DNA from: Mesotaenium endlicherianum
Lineage: Eukaryota
Assembly: GCA_009602735.1 (NCBI GenBank)
Contig: WELA01001939.1
Coordinates: 687,503-707,502 of the forward strand
Length of the DNA: 20,000 bases
Reading direction: 5' to 3'
Shown: one piece after another, positions 1 through 10,081 of the stretch
How positions within the stretch are numbered: position 1 is the stretch's first letter
How the letters are laid out: every line of letters begins with the position of its first letter
Made by a program: the position numbers and the translations under genes
The notes under the pieces: model-generated
The model's database searches: none
Told to the model about the DNA's origin: nothing
The model's input: only the letters and a program-made list of their open reading frames with translations

Positions 1-18
1 GCGCACGCACGCGGCTTT

Positions 19-71
19 CCAGCTGGCCATGCCGCTTGCCAGCTGGCCATGCAGCTTGCCAGATGGCAATG
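19..71. repeat. 20-bp tandem repeat, about 2.6 copies
   Basis: CCAGCTGGCCATGCCGCTTG / CCAGCTGGCCATGCAGCTTG / CCAGATGGCAATG. Confidence 0.8.
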
Positions 72-862
72 ACACGACATCAGGGCATGGTACGACAGCG
101 CATGATATCACGGCACGATAAGTCATGGGGCATGCGCCACACTGGCAGCCCTGTTCTGCAAATAAGAAAAACAAAAAAAACAAAGAGCACATCTTGGCAG
201 CCACGGTGCTGTTTCTAGGCGTGAGGAAGAAGACGAAACTAGGGACTGGGGCCGGAATTGTATGGTCTCGCGGACCATCCATCTGCATGATGTGCATCAA
301 AGGGAAGGAAAACGCGTAGGGGGTTTACAACTGCAGCCCATACAACACTTGCTCCCTCCCTCTGCTGGAGCCCGCCTGCGGCCGCACAGGGGACAGGTGG
401 CGCGCGACCACACCCCAGCTTTTGAGAGCGCCTCAGAGAAGGTCTAAGACAAAAGTCCGATATCTGAACAGAAGCACACTCATCCTCTGCCTGCCAGTTG
501 TTTTGCGTTTATGTACAGCACTTCCTTCCCTCTGCTGGTCTAGCAGTTCGTTCTAGAGCTACAGGACAAGTTTTGGGATACCTGTGTGGTGTGTGAGTGA
601 GAGGGAAGCATGCCTTAGCAGATACTCAGGATCCCGTTCTGCTGTGAGGTACTACTTTGAGCCAGCTGCAGTTTAGCATCACTCATAACTTCCAATTTTC
701 CGGAGTGGGTGAGGGGCGAGAGGCGAGGGGTTGGTTGAGGGGGCCTGGCCCTGCACCTCTGGAAATGCAACTAGAATCTTCAGATTTGAGAACGACTAAG
801 CTGCGCACCATTTGGAACGAGTGTGGAGACTGCAGAATGAGATCCCGTGGCAAAGTACCCAC

Positions 863-1471
863 CTCATGTACCAGACGTTAGCCTCCAGGGGCTGCAGCCC
901 CGCCAGCTGGACCCCACGCTTGGATGCCAACTCCTTGAACCACTTCAGCTCCGCATCGAGGGCAGAGAGGCTCCCAAGGAGAACCTCGAAGTCGCCAGGT
1001 GGCGACGTGCTCGTGGCCCCGGCATCGTCGTAGTTCTTCTGGGGAAGCTTCAGGAGGGTGCTGGCCACGAAGCGGACTAAGGATCTCACAAAGAGGTAGT
1101 CTTGAGCCTGCAGTCCACCGAGCAACTTACGCTCGTGTCAAGCTCATAGAAACCCCGAGCGGCGGATGTGACAGTGAGGTTTACACTCTGGTAGAAAGAC
1201 ACTGTCTCGCCAGACAGATTTTATTAGGATATATTTCCACATCATAGGAATTACTGCAATTAAGCTGATATGACCTGAGGCTGTAAAAGGCGTGCAACAG
1301 GTGGCAGCAGAAGTATATGCCTACCAGCCATCTATCAAATTGTTTCGTTGACACTGTTCCCCCTCGCACAGACTCGAGGAAAGGGTGCCTGATGGCCCTT
1401 GAATAGTCTACTCCATGATGAGATAACCACTGCAAGATGGACGGCGCCGATCCTTCCTGGCCTGCCATCAT
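863..1471 (-). CDS. TenA/THI-4 family protein (plant TENA_E-like, thiamin pyrimidine salvage); first two exons only, 3' exons not found in window
   Basis: Exon 1 is 1471-1325 (MMAGQEG...YSRAIRHPFLESVRGGTVSTKQFDRWL), followed by intron 1324-1108 (GTAGG...CTGCAG). Exon 2 is 1107-863 (AQDYLFVRSLVRFVASTLLK...LLGSLSALDAELKWFKELASKRGVQL...EANVWYMR), followed by donor GTGGG at 862. The spliced HPF...F.RWL-AQDYLFV and L..EL.WF motifs are typical of TenA/THI-4 proteins. Confidence 0.88.
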
Positions 1472-2470
1472 GTCCTTTGATTGCCCGGTCTCCTGGTCGG
1501 TCCTCGCCTCTTGACCTCCTGCGTGCACGAGTTTGCAACCCTATGAAGCACTGTGGAATTTGCTCTGCAAGGAGCGAATGTCCAATGGAAAAAGCTACCA
1601 CGCCATGCACATTCTGCAAGCGCGCAGCATGAAGCTAAATGAAGCAGAACACTATACTTATCTCCTGCCAATGTCTGGTCTCTAGGCGAATATGCTTCCT
1701 TCGCTCTCATTCCGCCAGTAAGTCGGACATCCGCCACGTGAATGAAGCAGCATTAGGAGAACGCTTTCGGCCACTTTCGGCTGTCTTTTGGCATCGTTGA
1801 CTATCCTCACCAATCCTCACAAACGTTCTCAACTTATTGCTCACACTCGCACGCAGCTTGCACGCATTACCACGTTTTGAACGAATTGAAGTCTCTGAAT
1901 GGGTCTGGGAGAGTCGGTCGGGGCTCTTCGCATGCCAGCACACACCAGCTCACAGCGCTAAGGAGCCTTTAAACGCTTCTTGATTTGGTGAAGGTCGCAA
2001 GCACTTCATGCAACAGTTATGACGTGGCCCGGAACTTTCAACTGTTTTGATTCGTGAACTATGCAGTGATTATTTTCCTGCAACTTATTCAGCTGCAGTT
2101 GTTGATGTAAATCATGGTAAAGCGGCTTGTCGTTAGATTATAGTTCCAAAAAGTACAAATTATGTACTTCGTTTTTCACCTTTTGCTTCATACGAGTATA
2201 GCGAGAGTACTTCCACGATGTATTATTATTCATGACACCTAAGTCGCTGGACAAAATAAGTCCAGATACTTCAGATGCATTCAATACTGAATGCTTCATA
2301 ACAATTATGCTCAATTTGGTAACTAACGCTATTTACTACAGAACCTGGTCGATATTTTCCATGAATCTCTTCACATGCAGGTGCAAAGTGCAAGCTCAAC
2401 GTCTTATTTAGGTCTTTTATGCCTCTCCACTTTCCTGCATGAGGGGGGGGAGGGGGGGCGAGATGAGGGA

Positions 2471-3214
2471 NNNNNNNNNNNNNNNNNNNNNNNNNNNNNN
2501 NNNNNNNNNNNNNNNNNNNNNNNNNNNNNNNNNNNNNNNNNNNNNNNNNNNNNNNNNNNNNNNNNNNNNNNNNNNNNNNNNNNNNNNNNNNNNNNNNNNN
2601 NNNNNNNNNNNNNNNNNNNNNNNNNNNNNNNNNNNNNNNNNNNNNNNNNNNNNNNNNNNNNNNNNNNNNNNNNNNNNNNNNNNNNNNNNNNNNNNNNNNN
2701 NNNNNNNNNNNNNNNNNNNNNNNNNNNNNNNNNNNNNNNNNNNNNNNNNNNNNNNNNNNNNNNNNNNNNNNNNNNNNNNNNNNNNNNNNNNNNNNNNNNN
2801 NNNNNNNNNNNNNNNNNNNNNNNNNNNNNNNNNNNNNNNNNNNNNNNNNNNNNNNNNNNNNNNNNNNNNNNNNNNNNNNNNNNNNNNNNNNNNNNNNNNN
2901 NNNNNNNNNNNNNNNNNNNNNNNNNNNNNNNNNNNNNNNNNNNNNNNNNNNNNNNNNNNNNNNNNNNNNNNNNNNNNNNNNNNNNNNNNNNNNNNNNNNN
3001 NNNNNNNNNNNNNNNNNNNNNNNNNNNNNNNNNNNNNNNNNNNNNNNNNNNNNNNNNNNNNNNNNNNNNNNNNNNNNNNNNNNNNNNNNNNNNNNNNNNN
3101 NNNNNNNNNNNNNNNNNNNNNNNNNNNNNNNNNNNNNNNNNNNNNNNNNNNNNNNNNNNNNNNNNNNNNNNNNNNNNNNNNNNNNNNNNNNNNNNNNNNN
3201 NNNNNNNNNNNNNN
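2471..3214. other. Assembly gap (744 N) flanked by G-rich runs
   Basis: Run of N with G-tracts on both sides (about 2441-2470 and 3215-3246). Confidence 0.99.
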
Positions 3215-4676
3215 TGAGGGAGGCGGGGTGGGTTGGGGGGGGGGGGTACAAGCAAAGCATTACTGATTATTAGCCACCAAAATTGAATACATCCAAACAA
3301 CCAAGATTTTGGAAATGGATGTGGGTGTCGTCAATAAGCAGATCCAGCTTACTGAGCAGTCCATCCTGCTGCTCCGAGGTTGACCCCGAGAACGACATGG
3401 AGAAAATGTCTATTGTGGTGCCTTGTCTATCACTTGGTTTAGAGGGTCAACAAAGAGCTACATCAAGACTTGCAGCTTCATTGTAGTATTAGCGCACGTG
3501 TGTAGTTTCATATCCCACAGCAGTCCTTATTAGAAGCCACAAGTATGCCTGGGACCAGGCCAAACGATTGCGAGCTTCATTTAAGTTGGCATTCTACTCA
3601 TTTGCGAGTTGTTTATTCTTTTGGGAAGGCTTTGTAGGCTGCAATCAGCCGGGAACAACCTGCGGGAGGTCTTCCTCAATGAAGTAAATCTACAAATTAG
3701 CAGTAGTGTTTTTTGCTGTACTTCATGCACTGATCGGGGCCATTACTTCTTTCCATAAACACAGTCTCAATGCCCCTGACATTCCTGTACGCAAATAAAA
3801 GTTAGCCGAGGGGGACCAAGTCGCTCCAAGAAGAGTACCTTAGATGAAACAACTTCAATGCCAGGCTTTGATACTGCTAACATCTCGATGTGCTTTTGAG
3901 GGAAGCAATTGTGCTTGCAATGCTCACTTCATGAGGGTGTCCACATCATTGTTTCAAGAACATCCTCAAAGTACCCGTCTCCATCCAGGTGTTTTACTCT
4001 ACATAATCATACATCCCCTTGTAAGACGATCATCGCCAAAAACACCAGACTATCGCATTGGAACGAGGGCGCTACTTGAAGCATATGTAAAGTCGCCTTG
4101 CAATATTATTTGTACTTGTTAGGTGGACTGCCTGTACGCGGGTCAAAGAAGTTTCAGTTGCAACACATGTTACAAATGGCCACCACGAAAGAGTCCAGTT
4201 CCCCAACAATATTAAACTTTACATGGTATGAACGTTTGCGTCATACTTACACTCTTCTGCCATCTCGAAGCAAGATGTGTGCAGTATGTACCGTAGAACC
4301 TTCTTATGTTCACAGGGCACCTCCAGCCCCAAAAAAAGTGTCAATCAGGACTCACACCAAATTATTGCAGAAGTACGTACTGCTTGTGCTGCTGATTGCT
4401 ACAATTTCACATGTCATGATGACAATCTGCACTGAGAATTTTGTGCCAAGTTGTAACTGCTAAATTTGAGCGACTATAAGGAAAGGAAGCTTCCCCCAAA
4501 ATTTATGACATTATCCTGGAGCACTCTGTTTACAAAAACATGACCTCACACACTGCCACGAATGCACTACTACAATATTTCATCTAATGACGTGTAAAAA
4601 AAGTGAACAATGAAAACAAAAGTTGTGTTACTGATCAATGTCACAACCAACCTTCAGAGCACACACGACCAGTTTC

Positions 4677-6538
4677 CTACTGTCCAGGGACACCAACAGG
4701 TCCACCAATTGTCTTGAAAGATTCGTGTATGTGCCGCAATTTGGCCTCATCTCTGCACCCACACGATCACAAACTTCCTTAGTACAGGAAAGGAAGTTGG
4801 CAAGAGGTTTAGCAGGACTTGTTGCACAGGTGTGCAGCTTGCTGTTCTTAAGAATGTCACCCAGACAGCACGAACAGGCATGCACAGTAGACACCAGCCC
4901 CCTCAGCAAGAAAGACTCTGGAACAGCATCCACAAGAGTACTTCTTTGCTCTTTGCACAATTTAGATGCTCAATGCCAAACCCCGCATAACCTAAAAAAC
5001 AATGCACCAAATTTGCAAGTACACAAGCCCATGCCTTTCCTTCATCTCCCTCCGTCCTTCTATGCGAGATTAATGGAGAACCTCTCATAAGCCCGCCCCT
5101 TTGGCCTGCTCATATGACTAAGATTTGAGCCCAAATTCAAGACTATTACTTCTGCCATTGCATATGTCATGAATAGCTCATATGGATAGCTCATACCTGG
5201 CCCAGTCAGAAACAGGGGAGTTCACGAAGTGCGAGTAGAGCTTATTTTTAGTGCATGTGACTGCGATCAGACTGTGGCCCACAGGGCTGTCAATCTCAAA
5301 GTCGTAGTACGTCTGTCCATTGGCGTCCGTCCTCTCGGATTGTATGATGTCGTCCGCACTTCCGATTTGGTCCTGCATTCCACGTAACCAGGAAAGGTTT
5401 GGCATACTCTCCAGAAAAAAGCTCCAAGAATCAATAATGAGCACCTAGAACGTGAAAAATGTCAAGACTTCAGGCAACATAAATTAGACAATGACTGGAA
5501 AGAGGACTCAAGGTCAGCAAACAACAGAGAGAACGTATGCAGTGGATTTTCTGGACATTTTTCAGATAGTCAAAGGCAGGGTCTAACACAGGCTTAGAAA
5601 CATACTCCAACGTGCCCCATTCATCTGTCCTCTACTAAGGTGATATAAAAGGTGAACATAGGTGTCGATATATATATATGCTCCACCTTATATTCCAGGA
5701 AGCTTTTGCACTGACGTGACAAGCACTAGAGCCTCTCACCTGGAGATTGACATCAGAGAGCGCAAGGTTGCTGAGAACATTCTCTTGAGGAGGAAGCCTC
5801 CTAAAACCTGCGCGTTTATACATTATCAGAATACAGTCCTTGACCACATATGCACGCAGACAGATTCGCTATTGTGCAGGACAAGACAGAAACCTGGCCC
5901 CAGAGGAATGCAGTTCTTGACATCAGTCAAAGGATCACGTAAAGGTTGAGAAGCAATGCTCCTATCCAACTGACATATTTCAAATATAAATCTACTTTCA
6001 AACCTCCAAAATAGCTAAATAGCCCTAAGAACACAGATAACTTACCTGCAAGGTAGGTAAGGTACACCTTCTCCGTCTTCTTCTTAGGATTGTAGAACTC
6101 GCTATCTGTGCCATTGGTGCCTTTCTCTACTTTAGAGATTTGCCTCTCCTTCCAGTTTGTAGGAAAGTCGTATACATACTCAGCTGAATCCTGCTTGTTT
6201 GAGTTCCCTCCATATCCACCGTAGCTGGAAGCACTAGCTGCTGTGCCATAATAAACATCGAATTCGTCGTCTGCAAATGCTGGAAGATTTCCCGACCCTA
6301 ACACTAGTGTCACTGCAGTAGCTAAAGTTACAGCTCCACGCCCTACAGACCTCCACAAGTCCACCCTGGACTCACCCTTGCTGCTTGCTATGCATCTTAA
6401 CCTGGGAAACGCCTTCAGAGTCGTTCCTTGGCACTGATAAGCTGCTCGCGAAAATGTTTTGTCAGCTCTAGAAGCGCATGAGCTTAAGCCATGTACACCT
6501 AAACACGATAGACTTGACGAAACAACCTGAGCCGCCAT
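4677..6538 (-). CDS. Thylakoid lumenal 19 kDa protein (TL19, PsbP/Mog1-like fold), chloroplast precursor; 4 exons
   Basis: Exons are 6538-6046, 5807-5740, 5372-5197 and 4752-4677, all with GT-AG introns and compatible phases; stop TAG at 4679-4677. The product has a Ser/Arg-rich transit peptide, a hydrophobic lumen signal ending LPAFA, then DDEFDVYYGTAASASSYGGYGGNS...AEYVYDFPTNWKERQISKVEKGTNGTDSEFYNPKKK...GFRRL...NLALSDVNLQDQI...YYDFEIDS...HSLIAVTCTKNKLYSHFVNSPVSDWARDEAKLRHIHESFKTI. This matches the recalled plant TL19 sequence. Confidence 0.93.
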
Positions 6539-7566
6539 CAAATGCTGAAGTGAGCTCAGGAAAACGTCGAAATCCACGTGCTCGAGGAACTTGCTTATGG
6601 GTAACCTGTCGCTCCAATGTATACAGAAGAAAGTCTGTACTATGTTAGCATTTGATGCAGAAGCTTACACCACACAGCACCCTTGCACCTTCACGTTCAT
6701 TTAGTTTCTCCCAGCATTTACGAATCTCGTTTTATAGCAATACGCCACCGTGGCAAACAAGATATCAACGGATACGATAGGGCAAGACTCAGAGCTCGGA
6801 ACTGCTTGGAACTTGTTGGAACTGCTTGTCGAACAATTTAGCAGGAACAAGTGGGAACACGGCCTGCTAACTACTGCGAACTGCTGCAAACAGCCTGCAA
6901 AGGCCTGCATGTAGTGTGCTTGGGGTGTGCCACAGTGTGCCATGTCATGTGGATGAGGTCTTCCAGAAGTCAAACTGCAGGAGAGGACGTCAATAGGATG
7001 CATCAGGATGGATAACGGCGACCATTGACGAACTTAGGTCACTAAATAGGAATTTAACCTCCTGTCGCCAACCGACGCCGGTATCGGGAAGACTTTGAGC
7101 TGCTTTGCGCGCCATTGGTATACATGTGCCAAGATGTGCTTGGATTTGCCGCGCTGACTTAGTCTTTGCGGGAGTATATGTATCAGTATAAGAGTATATA
7201 TAAATATCGCTCGAGGTCGTTTACTTGGGGCTACCATGCGCTGCTATGCGCTATTAAATGTTTCATGGATACATGCAGATGCATACAAGCATACAAAAGC
7301 ATACACCCTAGTCCTATACCACCATCAAGTGGCAGTTATGGTTACATGTCCAGCATGTCACTCCATTGTTTTTTGGCCACACTTTACTCCACTTCAATCC
7401 ATTGTCCTCTGTGTTCTACAGCTGAATTGACATTTGGTACGCTACATTGTGCTGTTGATGTAGAGCTGACCTCTAAATTCCTAGTTGGGCAAAATGTAGA
7501 GAATGCATGAAAGAGGAAAGTAAGTTGACAAGGTGAGGCTGCTCGACGGAGCACACACTATACGAT

Positions 7567-8552
7567 ATGACCTTGAAACGTGTCTCATTCGAGGTTTTTG
7601 GCAAGGTGAGGTATGCTTGTGATATTGTGCTGCATTACCTCAACTTCCTCTATGCACTTATTTGAAGGTTGCTTCCTGTCTTTGGCCATCAGGTACGAAG
7701 ATGACCCACATATCGGTGTATTTCTAGATAGAAGAAGTATCACAGTCATGCATGAGTTTGATCACCAGGACAGAGAGACATATCTGAGCAGCAGAAGGAT
7801 CACGGAGCTTTTGGAGTTCAGACAACAGCTGGATGTGTAGAAATAAAGAATGATCAAATCATGAATATAAGTGATAGGCATACGCATTTTTTGTTTCGGT
7901 GATAGGAGATAACACTGTACTGGCTGCTCAAGCTTCTGTTGTGTCCCCTACTGCAGGTCCAGGGGGTTTTCTTCAGGAAATGCACTCAAGATAAAGCGGA
8001 CGCTCTTGGCCTCAGTGGATGGTGCGAGAATACAAGTAGGGGAACCGTTGCTGGAGAAGTACAGGGAGACTCTGGCGCCCTTGAGCAGATGTGCGTCTTG
8101 AGTACCTCTTGATCAGAAACAGTGCTGTTGCGTGTGCTTACTGCTAAGCAGTCACTGATACGGAAGAGTAATTTGTTTCCAACCAACGTTTTGAAAGTTG
8201 CCTTGTCCGACAGAGGCTCCGACGACAGGAATTTAACAAGCATATTTGATGTCTTACCTCGGGAGTGGAATAATGAAGAGCCCTCTACATGGCCCGTGCA
8301 CATCTTTGCTTCAATATCACTGTGATCTAGCACAAGTTGCAGAAAAAAGAAAGAAGAGCAGACATTACAGATACCTACTTCTGATGCTGAGCAACTATAT
8401 AGATGCCTTGGGGTGGCCTGCATATGTGCAGGAAGGAGTGGCTGCTAAAAGTGGGATCCCCTCAATCCAGGATTGACAAATGCGAGTTCACAGAAAAAGA
8501 GGTGGACAATAGTATGGCAGCTTCGTTTCAAGTGAAGCGTAGAGGTATGTAA
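7567..8552 (+). CDS. Acylphosphatase (97 aa), 3 exons; not represented in the supplied ORF track
   Basis: Exon 1 is 7567-7605 (MTLKRVSFEVFGK, donor GTGAG). Exon 2 is 7957-8090 (after CTGCAG; VQGVFFRKCTQDKADALGLSGWCENTSRGTVAGEVQGDSGALEQM, donor GTGCGT). Exon 3 is 8432-8552 (after GTGCAG; KEWLLKVGSPQSRIDKCEFTEKEVDNSMAASFQVKRRGM*). It carries the family signature GKVQGVFFR (catalytic Arg) and GW..N (catalytic Asn). Confidence 0.92.
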
Positions 8553-8826
8553 AGAATCAGTGACCCTAGAATCGGCCTTGCATTATCTTGATGCATGCAT
8601 ACCATGGGCAGAGATAAAGAAACCTTTCCAAAAGCATTTCTGCTGCCTCCCGCAATCTTAACGAAGTAGCTCGCGGCATATGGATTTCACAACAGATGAG
8701 ATGCACATGTTTGTGATTTTCCCGGCTTGCCTTCCTGTCCCTACGATGGTACTGGAAGAGACAGTAAGAGAGAGCTTTTTGTGATAAGCGTGGTGTAGCT
8801 TGTCCAGTATGTAAAATAAATATTCC

Positions 8827-8848
8827 TTTTTTTTTTTTTTTTTTTTTT
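8827..8848. repeat. Poly-T tract (T22)
   Basis: Homopolymer read directly, located between the convergent acylphosphatase and TDRD3-like 3' ends. Confidence 0.9.
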
Positions 8849-10081
8849 GAACAAAAGAGACCACTACATGTAATTCTGCAGTGAAGGGCTATTTTTCTTA
8901 TTTACTCAGAGACAAGTTTCTTACCGCGCTAAGTTTAGACCTTCACAGCTTGGTATATATGTACCTGTATGATAATGAGGAGTTCATAACTTGGTGATTT
9001 GTGCCTGCGTGATAATGAGGATAGCCGGTCACAAGAAGGGCTCCAAAATGTTTCTTGTATCTCTTGAAACTTTCACAATTATCTGTCCTGTAACTTTGCT
9101 CGATCACTGTTCTTTAATGCGAGCGGCCACAGAATGCAGTAATAATATCAGTTCCACAAAAATTTCAGGTAGAAGATGGAAGTTGAATGTAGTTGCCGGG
9201 GAAGGGAAATATGGTACCTGCCCTTCTTATATGTGGTCTAGTCTGATCAAAACGAAAAGTACATGGGTGTGAGGTATATGGCTGGCTGCCATTTAGATGT
9301 GTATCCTGGTAATATTTATGACCATTCTTACTGTGCGAAAGGTATCTATCATCGCCCTAGCTTCAAAATTACAATTCCATTGTTCCTAAGTAGTTTGTTC
9401 CTGTAGGTATGTCAATGGCTAATTCAGTTATTGAAATTGCTATATTTGTTTTGCCAGTGACTTCCACGTTCGTGCATTCAGCTCAAGTACAGGTGGGGCT
9501 TGGCGAAGCTAAATGACGACGTGTCTCTAATAGAGAAGTTCCAAAATAACGAAACAATTAGCTCTCATCAAAAAAGTGCTCAACATCATTGCTAAAACTT
9601 GATCAGGGTCAGTGCGCAGTCCTCTTCTTGCTGACAACTCACTGATTCGAGGAATTGTACGGTACACAGATTCTGGTTCAACGATTGGGAGTTTCTAACA
9701 TAATCACTTGTGACCCCATTGAGCTCAAGTAAGCAGAGAATCACAACCAGTTCATGAAATCGCCTTAGATACTGCATGCCCTGAAGCTTCAAATCAACGC
9801 GAGGAAGTAGTGATGAGCTGAGAAGAAGGTCAACATTCCTGTCGGGTCCGCCAAATTAATATATACGGCTAAAAAAACCTCTACAGCAGTTGGCAGGACA
9901 CAGAAGGAGAGCCACATTGATTCTAAGGTTTAATACATGATGTCGTCGAGCAGAGCTTGATTTCTCCACCGTGAAGATGCATCCAAGAAACAAAGCCCAA
10001 CACTTCTGCCAAGAAGAAATACGAGCCCACTTCCATTCCCGATAACCTGACGCGCGCCCCTCTCACTAACCCTGTTATGAG

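Noticed and set aside
1..2400. TPP riboswitch associated with the thiamin-salvage gene
   Set aside because: I found no CTGAGA…CCTGA…TAATGC-type aptamer core by eye in the introns or upstream region. An Rfam RF00059 covariance search would be decisive.
2271..3300. Long ORFs spanning N runs (also 16765-17568 and 17991-19195)
   Set aside because: Artefacts of translating through assembly gaps.
3250..4600. Possible decayed gene or transposon between the gap and the TL19 3' end
   Set aside because: Only short ORF fragments, with no recognisable domain, terminal repeat or target-site duplication.
4677..4679. Genome-wide TAG reassignment
   Set aside because: TL19 ends at TAG close to the expected C-terminus, and no other in-frame TAG occurs in the four reconstructed genes. 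Not supported by this window alone.
7613..7840. 75-aa ORF on +
   Set aside because: It lies within acylphosphatase intron 1, has no homology, and would interrupt the GK|VQG signature.
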